From the IMG/VR virus record IMGVR_UViG_3300020045_004648, positions 1 to 64,000 of that record: a DNA stretch of 64,000 bases, one strand, 5' to 3'. Source of the stretch: a virus (Duplodnaviria > Caudoviricetes). A program made the position numbers and the translations under genes. Each line of letters begins with the position of its first letter. Position 1 is the stretch's first letter. This document shows, one piece after another, positions 35,397-44,296 of the stretch. The notes beneath the pieces were generated by a model. That model saw only the letters and a list, made by a program, of their open reading frames with translations. It made no database searches and was not told the origin of the DNA.

Positions 35397-35594
35397 ATGA
35401 TTTGGGAAAAGACTGACTATGACGATAAATACCATCACTCTATTTGGTTTGCTCAATCTTCAAAGAGTGCTAATGATTGGATTCCTCCTGTTGAAGTGAG
35501 GTTCTCTGCAAGCACACTTGAAGGTTTACTGTCCCGCAGGCAAGAAATAATCAATAAAAAACTGAAAAGCTTTAAAATAGGAGTATGCGCATGA
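35397..35594 (+). CDS. hypothetical protein
   Basis: 65-aa ORF. Confidence 0.55.
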   Translation: MIWEKTDYDDKYHHSIWFAQSSKSANDWIPPVEVRFSASTLEGLLSRRQEIINKKLKSFKIGVCA

Positions 35595-35944
35595 AAGATG
35601 TACTACAAAGAGAAGTCCAAGTTGGACATTACATCTGCTATGCTCTTACCGTTGGACGATCAGCGAATCTTGCTGTATACCAAGTGAAGGAAGTACTTAA
35701 GGATAAGATTAAGGCTACTAAACTTGAATCATCTTATGGACATTGGGCCGATGGTATACATACATTTGCGTCTGGATTAACAGTTCCTTGGAAGTACATA
35801 AAGTGGGACAAGAAGCTTGAAGCGCATCTTGAAATGACTGAAGAAGAAAAAGATAAGGTCAATAACAAGACTTCAACTCTTTCTATGCCAGAGAGGATTT
35901 TTATTCTTGATGGGTTTACGCCGCAACTGTTTGAAAAGGAATAA
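35591..35944 (+). CDS. hypothetical protein
   Basis: AGGAG SD, start MKDVLQ. Confidence 0.7.
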   Translation: MKDVLQREVQVGHYICYALTVGRSANLAVYQVKEVLKDKIKATKLESSYGHWADGIHTFASGLTVPWKYIKWDKKLEAHLEMTEEEKDKVNNKTSTLSMPERIFILDGFTPQLFEKE

Positions 35945-35946
35945 TT

Positions 35947-36261
35947 ATGTCAGATACTAATGCTAAAGATGAATTTATTAAACACGTTAAAGACCGAAAG
36001 ATTCTTTGTGCTAAAGTCTCTCATGGAAGTGAGTGTGAGGAGTACGGTACTAAGTTCTTGCTTAAACAGGGTTATACCGGAACTGAATACCGGAGTTTTC
36101 TAAGGAAGTTAGACTTTGACTATGACTCAGGTTTTGGTGGTCAAGAACTCTACGGTTTAATTTGGTACACAGATGGAACTTGGAGTTCTCGTGGTGAGTA
36201 TGATGGCTCTGAGTGGTGGGATTACAAACGTGTGCCGGACGTTCCAGAAGAGTTGAAATAA
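35947..36261 (+). CDS. conserved-type phage protein
   Basis: YDSGFGGQEL.G.IW..DG.W..RGEYDGSEWW motif. Confidence 0.8.
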   Translation: MSDTNAKDEFIKHVKDRKILCAKVSHGSECEEYGTKFLLKQGYTGTEYRSFLRKLDFDYDSGFGGQELYGLIWYTDGTWSSRGEYDGSEWWDYKRVPDVPEELK

Positions 36262-36431
36262 TGTCATTAGCATGTCTCCCTTGGTGGGTTTATGAAGTAG
36301 AATACGAAGAACATGAAGCAAGGATTCTAGGTGCTTTTGAAGAAGAACTTCAAGCGGGTTATGTAAGGAGTTTACCTATGTATGTTGTGGAAATGATACA
36401 AAGAGAGAAAAAGGAGAATACCGATGAGTAA
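36261..36431 (+). CDS. hypothetical protein
   Basis: TAATG overlap, start MSLACL. Confidence 0.5.
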   Translation: MSLACLPWWVYEVEYEEHEARILGAFEEELQAGYVRSLPMYVVEMIQREKKENTDE

Positions 36432-36445
36432 AGTTACAAAATCTG

Positions 36446-36454
36446 TGCTATAAT
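36446..36454 (+). promoter_or_regulatory. extended -10 promoter
   Basis: TG-C-TATAAT upstream of the lipoprotein/tRNA unit. Confidence 0.5.
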
Positions 36455-36483
36455 TCGGTTTAACAAACACGAAAGGAAATAAG

Positions 36484-36735
36484 ATGAAACAATTGTTAGT
36501 TATCGCAGCTATTGCGCTACTCTCTGCTGGTTGTACACAACCTGATCACGCTCTAAAAGTTCTTGAATCACAAGGTTATACAGACATTCGTATGGGCGGG
36601 TATGACTGGTTGAACTGCTCAAAAGATGATACGTACCACGACAAATTTACAGCAAAAGGACCAACTGGTAAGGAAGTGTCTGGTGTAGTTTGTGCTGGGT
36701 TGTTCTTTAGGGGTTCGACTGTTCGGCTTGACTGA
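36484..36735 (+). CDS. phage lipoprotein
   Basis: MKQLLVIAAIALLSAGC lipobox. Confidence 0.8.
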   Translation: MKQLLVIAAIALLSAGCTQPDHALKVLESQGYTDIRMGGYDWLNCSKDDTYHDKFTAKGPTGKEVSGVVCAGLFFRGSTVRLD

Positions 36736-36880
36736 AATAAGACTATATTTAAATGCTTCGGAGTCATTCTCCGATAATCTCGGAAGTCGTAACGACATCA
36801 GGAAAAACGAGTTGAACCAATAGGCCCTTTGACTCAAGATTAAGTTCTTAGAATACAGGGGTAAATCCTGACCATTTTTA

Positions 36881-36966
36881 GCAAGTGTGGTGGAATTGGT
36901 AGACATACGGTGAAATCCCGTCCGAGTAAAACTCGGTTGAAGGTTCAAGTCCTTCCGCTTGCACCA
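36881..36966 (+). tRNA. tRNA-Leu-like gene with aberrant, shortened anticodon arm
   Basis: 7-bp acceptor GCAAGTG/CGCTTGC + ACCA; Leu-type D loop GGAATTGGTAGAC; long variable arm CCGAG/CTCGG; T arm GAAGG-TTCAAGT-CCTTC; anticodon arm only ACGG-TGAAATC-CCGT. Confidence 0.75.
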
Positions 36967-37075
36967 AGTTTCCTATTTAGTTAGAAATTTATGTAGTTAG
37001 TCCTTCTACTGTAAAGAGGACAAAGCAGTTATGAACGTTCTGCGGTAAAAACGTGCTTAACTTAAAGGAGAAAAT

Positions 37076-38098
37076 ATGTTTGAAGTTTATGGTGCAGCAC
37101 AGAGTGCGGGTAAGAAGCAATCTAATGTTGACTGGGATGCTTATCATCAGTACATCATTGAGACAGCTAATCTGGAAAACAGGGAAGTGATGCAAGGTGT
37201 GATTACTTTCATGGCCGATCTGGGTGTACAAAAACAACCAGATGCAGAGTTTGTATTCACTGGCGATGAAGATGATGAAGCACTTGAGATTGAAAAGAAT
37301 CCAGGGACTTATTTCAAGACTCAATTGAATCAAGAAACAAAGAAGATGGCACGGTTTAAGTGCTACCCTCAGAAGCCCATTCAAGCTGTTGCTATTGCAG
37401 TGGACTTCCCTGAGATTCAGCTTGATCATGGGCAGTTCTTTGGCGATACCTCTGGTCAAACAAAACCCTTGCGGATGTGGCTTGGGGGTAATTTCTATCA
37501 AGAGAACTTGGGAATGATTGTCGCACGACCAATGTTTCTGAAGGCCAATAAGAAACTTGGTAATTGGTCATTTGATCAAAAGAGCGTACCGTATCAAATT
37601 GCAGTGGCCTCTAAGATCATCAAACCGGGGGAAGTGTTTGATACTAAGCGTATCGGTGAGATTCTTGGTAAGACAGTGAATTGGACTGTTCAGGTGTACA
37701 ATAAAGAAGCTAAAGGAAACAAGAGCTACTTTACTGAATACATCAAGTTTGCAAGCGGTTTGTCTCGTGGTCAGAAAGAAATTGATTACGAAGGTAAGTT
37801 GCATGTAACTGGTTTCAATCGTGATAATGACGAAGACTCCTTGAAGGAACTTCGTAATCACATTCGAAACACCATGAAGGATGCATCTAACTACGAAGGC
37901 AGCAAGATTCAAAAACAACTTGATTCTTTGTATGACAACAGTCAACGGGATACACCTCAAGATGATGATTCTGATGGTGCAGATGATGGTAATGGTGGTG
38001 AAGTGAAAGTGCCAGAGAAAGCAAAGGCTAAGGTTGTTCCGAAGAAGGCAGCACCCAAACCTACCTTTGATGACATGGACGATGACCTGCCGTTCTGA
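37076..38098 (+). CDS. putative single-stranded DNA-binding protein
   Basis: Acidic disordered tail ending DMDDDLPF; lies in the replication module. Confidence 0.7.
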   Translation: MFEVYGAAQSAGKKQSNVDWDAYHQYIIETANLENREVMQGVITFMADLGVQKQPDAEFVFTGDEDDEALEIEKNPGTYFKTQLNQETKKMARFKCYPQKPIQAVAIAVDFPEIQLDHGQFFGDTSGQTKPLRMWLGGNFYQENLGMIVARPMFLKANKKLGNWSFDQKSVPYQIAVASKIIKPGEVFDTKRIGEILGKTVNWTVQVYNKEAKGNKSYFTEYIKFASGLSRGQKEIDYEGKLHVTGFNRDNDEDSLKELRNHIRNTMKDASNYEGSKIQKQLDSLYDNSQRDTPQDDDSDGADDGNGGEVKVPEKAKAKVVPKKAAPKPTFDDMDDDLPF

Positions 38099-38100
38099 TC

Positions 38101-38198
38101 TGATTTAAACGCCCTCAGTTAGACTTTCTAGGTTCAAGGTACGCACCCTTAGCCTAGATCGTTTAGGGGGCTTACAACAGGCTCTAGGGCCTTTAGAT
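38101..38198. repeat. dispersed ~100-bp element, copy 6
   Basis: TGATTTAAACGCCCTC; core GGTACGCACCCTT at 38138-38150. Confidence 0.6.
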
Positions 38199-38202
38199 TG
38201 AC

Positions 38203-38277
38203 TCCCGATTCTTCTAACGGAAAAGAAACCCCTCTTCTAAAGGGGCAATGTTTGTTCGATTCAAACATCGGGAACCA
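38203..38277 (+). tRNA. tRNA-Arg(UCU)
   Basis: Cloverleaf TCCCGAT/ATCGGGA, D TTCT/AGAA, anticodon stem CCCCT/AGGGG with loop CT-TCT-AA, T arm GTTTG-TTCGATT-CAAAC, encoded CCA. Confidence 0.93.
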
Positions 38278-38324
38278 ATATAAGGGTCTTAGAGTAAATG
38301 AATAATTTTTGTAAAGGAGATTTT

Positions 38325-38480
38325 ATGCAAAACACAAAACAACGCTACGTGGCTAAGTTCGTAAATGGCTTCCACGTCTCATTCGACACAGAAGCCTACG
38401 AGAACACACGAGTGTTTTACTTGAAGCGTGATACCGATGAAGCGGTTAAACGGATGAACAACCAACAAGGAGGTAAGTGA
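38325..38480 (+). CDS. hypothetical protein
   Basis: Start MQNTKQ, AAGGAG SD. Confidence 0.6.
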   Translation: MQNTKQRYVAKFVNGFHVSFDTEAYENTRVFYLKRDTDEAVKRMNNQQGGK

Positions 38481-38620
38481 AAATGAGTGAACAAGAGATT
38501 TTGGACGATATGCGCAAAGAAGCCAAAGGGCGTAACGAAGCGGAGAAGAAACGTGCAGCAGATCGTCTGCGTAAGAATGCAGAGTATAACAAGGCTAACA
38601 AACCTAAGAAGTAAAGGAAT

Positions 38621-38890
38621 ATGCAGGCAGTAACTTCGAGTATTGTTTCCCGTACAGCACATGAGTACATCAAGAGTACAGACGCATTAAGTTTTGGTGC
38701 TGGCTTACTTCACGGGATTAATCAAGTCTGTAGATGCTGTAAATCTACAGATACTAGACAACTTCATGGTGAAGAACTAAGACCTTGGAGTGAATTTTAT
38801 ACAACGTTAGAGTTCAAAGCCTATCGTTGTAATGTATGTGACTATCCATTTAGTTGGTATAAGGGGAAACAGAATGAAACAAAGTACTAA
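38621..38890 (+). CDS. Zn-ribbon protein
   Basis: CRCC...CNVC. Confidence 0.65.
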   Translation: MQAVTSSIVSRTAHEYIKSTDALSFGAGLLHGINQVCRCCKSTDTRQLHGEELRPWSEFYTTLEFKAYRCNVCDYPFSWYKGKQNETKY

Positions 38891-39092
38891 AGTTAAAAAT
38901 GCCATTAGCAAGGCAGCACGAGAAATTCCTATTATTGCATGGGCAGTAGAAGCAGATGGGATTATTAATCCTGTATACGTTTACCGTACACGCTCAACAG
39001 CACGACAACTGTGTAATGACTTGGAGGTTTATGGAAAGGAAAGAAAAGTCCATGTTCGCAAAGTTGCAATGTATGTTATTCCAGGGCGGTGA
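38874..39092 (+). CDS. hypothetical protein
   Basis: Start MKQSTK, AAGGGG SD. Confidence 0.6.
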   Translation: MKQSTKVKNAISKAAREIPIIAWAVEADGIINPVYVYRTRSTARQLCNDLEVYGKERKVHVRKVAMYVIPGR

Positions 39093-39303
39093 TTATGAAT
39101 ACCAAGTTTGGAACAAAGGAGTTATATTGAGTACTTACGAAAAATTCACTTGGGTAGTTGAGTACACCCTTTCAATAATCCTAATGTTGATTGTGTTTGG
39201 TGTAGGAGGTGTTCTTACACTTATATCAGTCGGAATTGTTATGGGTGTGCATTACTTGTTGTATGGAGTTAATTTACTGCTTGGTAAATTGTTGAAACGT
39301 TAA
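39052..39303 (+). CDS. membrane protein
   Basis: Start MFAKLQ; long hydrophobic segment. Confidence 0.55.
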   Translation: MFAKLQCMLFQGGDYEYQVWNKGVILSTYEKFTWVVEYTLSIILMLIVFGVGGVLTLISVGIVMGVHYLLYGVNLLLGKLLKR

Positions 39304-39320
39304 CTTAAAGGAAATTAAAA

Positions 39321-39593
39321 ATGAAAGAGAATAACGGAGTTATGAACAATGTGGCTGAAGAACAAAAGATACATCAATCACAAAAAGATATTGTTGCACG
39401 CTTAGTGCGTTTGTACAGTGCACAGGATTCGATCAATGAGGAGGTGAAAGAAGTGAAAGGTGATGCCAAGAAAATTGGCTATAAATCTGCACTGCTTGCC
39501 AAAGTTGCAAAAGCGATCTGTGCAGCAAAGACTGGTGAGTTGCTTGCACAGTCTGAAGAGATTCAGGAGATTATTGAAGAGGTTCGGAGTTAA
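39321..39593 (+). CDS. GapR/T4 DsbA-like dsDNA-binding protein
   Basis: I.RL.RL....D.INEEVKEV..DAK..GY....L.K pattern. Confidence 0.7.
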   Translation: MKENNGVMNNVAEEQKIHQSQKDIVARLVRLYSAQDSINEEVKEVKGDAKKIGYKSALLAKVAKAICAAKTGELLAQSEEIQEIIEEVRS

Positions 39594-39598
39594 AGATT

Positions 39599-39616
39599 GA
39601 CCCTTCGGGGTCTTTC
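39599..39616 (+). terminator. intrinsic terminator
   Basis: GACCC-TTCG-GGGTC-TTTC. Confidence 0.75.
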
Positions 39617-39636
39617 TGTGAAGAAAGGAGGGACTA

Positions 39637-40614
39637 TTGAGTAAGATTTTATGCTTCGATTACGATGCAGTGATTCACAGAAGTTCTGCAATGGCCCAAA
39701 AGAATAGTATTTCATGTTTGCACAAACCTACAGGAGAAGTTTTTACTTTTGGTACTCGCACTGAATTCTATGGGCGTGACAAGAAGAAATCTGGTGGGTG
39801 GTTATCTGGTCAAGATGGTTTTATTCTGGAAGACTTTGAAATTCAGAATGTAGTGACACCTGAACCTGTAGAAAATGCACTGCATACAGTCAAGGTAACT
39901 ATTGGAGCTATTCTTGATAAGTTTGATTGCAAGAACTATTATGGTTATGTAGGTGGAACTGGAAACTTTAGACTTGACATTGCTACTTTACTTCCCTATA
40001 AGGGAAACAGAACAGCACCAAAACCAGTCCATCATGCAGCGTGTAGAGATTATGTGATTTCAAATCATAATGCAAGAGTAGCTAACGGTTCCGAGAGTGA
40101 CGATCATCTCGTGACTGATGCTTACAACGCATTAAAAGAGAAGAAGCCGTGGCTTGGGATTATTGCTGAAAAGGACTACAAAGGTTGTGACGGTGACTGG
40201 TATGATTACACCAAGCAGGATATGAAGAAGATCAGAGGTTTTGGTAAGTTATGGAGGGGACCAGATGGTGTCGATGGTTACGGTAGGATGTTTAAGTACT
40301 ACCAGGCTTGCAGCTCTGACGATTCGGACAACTACAGAGCACATTGCTTCTCTGACAAAGAGAATGGTCCTGTAACAGCGTACAACGCCCTCAAGGACTG
40401 CAAGAACGACACAGAAGCTTTTATTGCTATGAGGGATCACTTTAAGTATCTATACCCTGAGCCGAAGGTAATCACAAATTGGCGTAACGAGTCTCTTGAA
40501 ATTGATTGGTTTTATGTGATGCGTGAGATGTTTGATTTAGCACATCTACAAAGATGGCCTAATGACCGAATAGACCTAAAGAAAGCTTTTAAAGGATTGG
40601 GGGTTGAAATATGA
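39637..40614 (+). CDS. 5'-3' exonuclease/flap endonuclease (T7 gp6/T5 D15-like)
   Basis: FDYD, NFR, YKGNR, ESDD, EKD, SDDSDNY motifs. Confidence 0.85.
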   Translation: MSKILCFDYDAVIHRSSAMAQKNSISCLHKPTGEVFTFGTRTEFYGRDKKKSGGWLSGQDGFILEDFEIQNVVTPEPVENALHTVKVTIGAILDKFDCKNYYGYVGGTGNFRLDIATLLPYKGNRTAPKPVHHAACRDYVISNHNARVANGSESDDHLVTDAYNALKEKKPWLGIIAEKDYKGCDGDWYDYTKQDMKKIRGFGKLWRGPDGVDGYGRMFKYYQACSSDDSDNYRAHCFSDKENGPVTAYNALKDCKNDTEAFIAMRDHFKYLYPEPKVITNWRNESLEIDWFYVMREMFDLAHLQRWPNDRIDLKKAFKGLGVEI

Positions 40615-40934
40615 ATAACTTTGAGAGCCTGCAAGACTGGTCTAAGAATTTTGGGGCTAAACAGGAACGATTGCAAGGAATCTTAGACAGTAAATTCTTT
40701 AAAGGGTTAATTCAAAGAAGCCAAGCAAAGAAAGAAGAATCTTCTAATGTTACCTACATTTCAATTTTACTTGCAGATTGTATACAGAACGGACAACTGA
40801 TAGAGAAATCTGATGGGCAGTTTACAGGAGGTTATTCCGTTAGTGTATACCGTTACAATGATGAAGTAATTGAGTTCGGATACCAAGATGGTAGGGTATA
40901 TGATATGACTAGGTTTGATGGGGAGTTATATTGA
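40611..40934 (+). CDS. hypothetical protein
   Basis: ATGA-coupled. Confidence 0.65.
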   Translation: MNNFESLQDWSKNFGAKQERLQGILDSKFFKGLIQRSQAKKEESSNVTYISILLADCIQNGQLIEKSDGQFTGGYSVSVYRYNDEVIEFGYQDGRVYDMTRFDGELY

Positions 40935-41434
40935 CAAAAGAGTTGTACAACCCAAGGGATAAAGCAGAAGTACGAGATTTACTCCTTAAAGAGCAAGGAA
41001 ACAAGTGCGTAATCACTGGCCTGCCACTAGACAAGCGTGAATCAGTTTTGGAACATGCTCACGACGATGAGATGTTTGTACGTGGGGTAGCCAGTAGAGC
41101 AGCTAATAGCGCCTTGGGAGTACTAGAGAATGCGTTTAAACGGTATTGTGCGTGGTGGTTCCCCGGTACACTCAGTGAGTTCTTGAGGAAGTGTGCAAGT
41201 TTCCTAGAACGCCCTGTTGATAAACGATTCAGGCATGATCAGTGGTTGAAGAAATCCGGGATTTTGTTCAACAAGTTATCAGAAGGACAAAAGAAAGAAG
41301 TTCTGCACTTACTAGGGCAACCTCAAGGAAGTAACGCTACTGAGCGTAAGAAACTCTTTCGTTCTGCCCTGATGACTCGAAAGTTTAGTTATGAAGATGT
41401 AAAGAAGATTATTCAACAAAGGAAACAAGCATGA
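40931..41434 (+). CDS. recombination endonuclease VII-like nuclease
   Basis: Q..KC...VLEHAH...VRGV....N..LG (DHDH/VRGLLC variant). Confidence 0.7.
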   Translation: MTKELYNPRDKAEVRDLLLKEQGNKCVITGLPLDKRESVLEHAHDDEMFVRGVASRAANSALGVLENAFKRYCAWWFPGTLSEFLRKCASFLERPVDKRFRHDQWLKKSGILFNKLSEGQKKEVLHLLGQPQGSNATERKKLFRSALMTRKFSYEDVKKIIQQRKQA

Positions 41435-41655
41435 AATTTAAACTACAATCCACAGATGGTGATGGTACTATTGTCACGCACGAATTTGAGTCAGAAACTT
41501 GGTATGAAAGCCTTGATCAATTTGTAAGATTTCTCCGTGGTAGTGGATATCTTTTGAAGAATGACAGTGTAGGTATCAATCTTGCTGCAGGGCATAGGTT
41601 TGTTACAGAAGAAGAATATTACAATGTTACTTACTTTAATTCTGAGGAGGAATAA
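41431..41655 (+). CDS. hypothetical protein
   Basis: HEFE...W...L..F..FLRG.GY pattern. Confidence 0.7.
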   Translation: MKFKLQSTDGDGTIVTHEFESETWYESLDQFVRFLRGSGYLLKNDSVGINLAAGHRFVTEEEYYNVTYFNSEEE

Positions 41656-41658
41656 GCA

Positions 41659-42579
41659 TTGTATTCACAAGAAACAAAGGATAAATTTGTAGCCCTAAAG
41701 AAACTTGGGTTATCTTCTAGGGAAATTGCTAAGGCTGTCCTTGGGTCAGAAAGTAAAAAGAGTAGTGTGAATAACATTTTGAATTCGGGAAGCAAGAATA
41801 CAAAGTCTGAACCTACTGAGAAGAAAGGCTTGAAGATTCTCTTCGTGCCTGACTGTCAAGTCCGTAAAGGTGTAGACACTACTTATCTTTCAGCGATTGG
41901 TCAGTACATCGTTGACAAGAAACCTGATGTCGTTGTAAATATAGGTGATTTCTATGATATGCCTAGTCTGTCAATTTACGATAAGGGTAAACTAAGTTTT
42001 GAAGGACGTAGGCTTGCTGAGGATATTGCTGCTGGTAAAGAAGGAATGAAGAAGTTCTTGAAACCTCTACGAGATTACCAGAGGACTGATCCTTCATATC
42101 AACCCAGGATGGTATTCTGTTTAGGAAATCACGAAGAACGTTTGCAACGAGTTCCTAGCAACAACAGTGAATTTGAAGGTTTTATTGGGTATCACTTGCT
42201 TGAACTGGAGAAAGACTGGGAAGTTGTAGATTATTTAAAACCTATCAATATCCAAGGTATCAACTTTGTACATTACCTTAGCCATCCGATGACAGGTAAA
42301 CCCTACGGGGGTACAGCAGCGTCAATGCTCAAGAATGTAGGATGTTCTTTCTGTGTTGGTCACAAACAAACACTTGAAGTAGCAATTCAACCTGTTATGG
42401 ATGGTACAATGCGGCTAGGGATTGTTGCTGGAGCTAGCTACTTGTTTGATGAGCCTTATAAGAATGCAGGATTTGGTAATCTGCATTTCAGAGGTGTTGT
42501 AATGCTTCATGATGCTAAGAATGGATTTGCTGATCCTAGTTTTATTTCTACTAAGTTTTTAATAGAGAGGTTGGGATGA
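41659..42579 (+). CDS. calcineurin-like metallophosphoesterase with N-terminal HTH
   Basis: VPD, IGDFYD, LGNHE, HY, VGHKQ motifs. Confidence 0.85.
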   Translation: MYSQETKDKFVALKKLGLSSREIAKAVLGSESKKSSVNNILNSGSKNTKSEPTEKKGLKILFVPDCQVRKGVDTTYLSAIGQYIVDKKPDVVVNIGDFYDMPSLSIYDKGKLSFEGRRLAEDIAAGKEGMKKFLKPLRDYQRTDPSYQPRMVFCLGNHEERLQRVPSNNSEFEGFIGYHLLELEKDWEVVDYLKPINIQGINFVHYLSHPMTGKPYGGTAASMLKNVGCSFCVGHKQTLEVAIQPVMDGTMRLGIVAGASYLFDEPYKNAGFGNLHFRGVVMLHDAKNGFADPSFISTKFLIERLG

Positions 42580-42776
42580 AAATCAAAATAACAAATTGTA
42601 GTGATAGCCTCTTTTGGTATAGAGGTAATATCGGAAAAGTATTCCAAGTGTACCGACTAGACACAGACAGATACTGGACTAGAGAGCAAAACGAAACAGG
42701 TTATCTTAACTTTGTTTTGTTTAAAGATTGTGAAGTTTATAAGGAGAAGCAGAAAGATGAGACTAATTGTCAATGA
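42576..42776 (+). CDS. hypothetical protein
   Basis: ATGA-coupled. Confidence 0.65.
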   Translation: MKIKITNCSDSLFWYRGNIGKVFQVYRLDTDRYWTREQNETGYLNFVLFKDCEVYKEKQKDETNCQ

Positions 42777-43017
42777 TACTTGCTATACTCACTTAATGTG
42801 GATGCTAACATTCAGATCGCGTGAGTTTTCAAAGGCTGTTTATAAGTATGAATGCAGTAGTCCAAGATTTGATTTTGAAGGGATTGCTGGTTATATAGAA
42901 TGTGAACTATCCTTTGAGATTCAAGACCTTGCACTGTTTTCTAAAATATTCTTTGAGTGGTATACTACAGAAAATCGATCTGAGTTTTATGATCAGATTG
43001 TAAGAGAACAATGTTAA
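42757..43017 (+). CDS. hypothetical protein
   Basis: Start MRLIVN. Confidence 0.55.
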   Translation: MRLIVNDTCYTHLMWMLTFRSREFSKAVYKYECSSPRFDFEGIAGYIECELSFEIQDLALFSKIFFEWYTTENRSEFYDQIVREQC

Positions 43018-43033
43018 TTTATAAGGAAGAAAA

Positions 43034-43504
43034 TTGAAAGAACTAACCTATCTATATGAGAACTCTTTACGTGCTTGTGAGATGGCAGGACAAGATAAAG
43101 AGGTAACACCAAAGTACCGAAAACAACAACTATCTTATATCCAAAGTGAAGTAGCAGAACTACAAGATTCTCTAGATTTTGAAGACCTCGCAGAAGAGTT
43201 AGACGCTTGTATAGACATCTTAGTAACTGTCTTTGGTTACCTCGGTAAACTAGAACGTCTAGGAGCAAGGGTTGATAAAGCAATGGTAAAGACTGCTGAT
43301 AATAACCTCTCTAAGTTTCCAACAACTATTGAAGAAGTCAAACAGACACAGAAGTTTTACAACGAAGTTAAACACAAGGATACTACTTTCGGTTATAATT
43401 CTGACTACAAACGCTATGTGGTCCGAGATATGAATGGTAAGTACTTAAAACCAAGTAGCTTTGTAGAGAATGATTTGAGTGACTGTTTTAGTAAGGAGGA
43501 TTAA
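43034..43504 (+). CDS. MazG-like nucleotide pyrophosphohydrolase
   Basis: SEVAEL...EELDACID...NNLSK...GKYLKP. Confidence 0.8.
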   Translation: MKELTYLYENSLRACEMAGQDKEVTPKYRKQQLSYIQSEVAELQDSLDFEDLAEELDACIDILVTVFGYLGKLERLGARVDKAMVKTADNNLSKFPTTIEEVKQTQKFYNEVKHKDTTFGYNSDYKRYVVRDMNGKYLKPSSFVENDLSDCFSKED

Positions 43505-43869
43505 TGATTGAAGCAACAGGGATCAAAAATGACTCAGATAAACGCCAGTGGTGGTATATGGATTCTTTCTGGCCTGATCTTGAAGAGGTGGTAGAAGTTC
43601 TGGAGATTGGTGACACTAAGTATCCTGCAGAGGATGGCAGCAATTGGAAGCGTCTAGATAATCCCCAGAAACGCTTCAATGATGCTTTGTTTAGGCACAT
43701 GAAGGAGTACAGAACAGGTAATAAAATTGATAGTGAAACAGGTAAGAGTCACCTTGCTCACTTGATTACTAATGCACTATTTCTTATGTACTTTGACCGT
43801 CAGCAGGAGGACAGCAAAACTGTAGATCAAAAGGTTCTAAAGAAGTATTTGAAATGGAGTAAACAATGA
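43504..43869 (+). CDS. DUF5664 dATP/dGTP diphosphohydrolase-like protein
   Basis: V.VL..G..KY...NW......DA..RH......D.ETG.SHLAH...N.LFL. Confidence 0.82.
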   Translation: MIEATGIKNDSDKRQWWYMDSFWPDLEEVVEVLEIGDTKYPAEDGSNWKRLDNPQKRFNDALFRHMKEYRTGNKIDSETGKSHLAHLITNALFLMYFDRQQEDSKTVDQKVLKKYLKWSKQ

Positions 43870-44093
43870 CACAAAAGATTGGCACTAACCCACCACCGAC
43901 TTATTCAAAGCCACCTCCACCTAAAGCCAACAAGGGATATGAGGGGATGAGTAACGCAGAAGTATACGGAGCACTCGCTTTAATTTTGATCGAGTTGCAA
44001 GAGATTAACGCAAGGCTTGACAATATGGTCAATAGTAAAGAACCAACTGAGATTGGCATTACGTTTAACAATACCATGAAAGGAACTAAATGA
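43866..44093 (+). CDS. hypothetical protein
   Basis: ATGA-coupled. Confidence 0.55.
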   Translation: MTQKIGTNPPPTYSKPPPPKANKGYEGMSNAEVYGALALILIELQEINARLDNMVNSKEPTEIGITFNNTMKGTK

Positions 44094-44296
44094 AAGAAGA
44101 TAACAAAGCAGTGAGCGATAAGACTAAAGAACCCAAGAAAACCTCTGAGAAGAAAACCTATAAACTAAGGGATGAAGTGAAATACAAAGGGGGAGACTAC
44201 AAAGTAGTTGAAGTGCTAGAAGATGAAAAGGTTCATTTGAAGAATCTGAATAGCCCTCGGAGTAGTTTTATTGTAAGTGAAAGTGAAATTGGATGA
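44090..44296 (+). CDS. hypothetical protein
   Basis: ATGA-coupled. Confidence 0.6.
   Translation: MKEDNKAVSDKTKEPKKTSEKKTYKLRDEVKYKGGDYKVVEVLEDEKVHLKNLNSPRSSFIVSESEIG

Noticed and set aside
36619-37501. Antisense ORFs over the tRNA and SSB region, and the many other shadow ORFs opposite long genes (e.g. 32971-33495, 46408-46833, 52346-52903)
   Set aside because: No SD, atypical composition, fully explained by the coding or RNA feature on the other strand.
25878-43869. 2-aminoadenine (dZ) pathway suggested by HD, MazG and DUF5664 genes
   Set aside because: The HD protein is RelA/SpoT-type rather than DatZ-like, and no PurZ is in the window.
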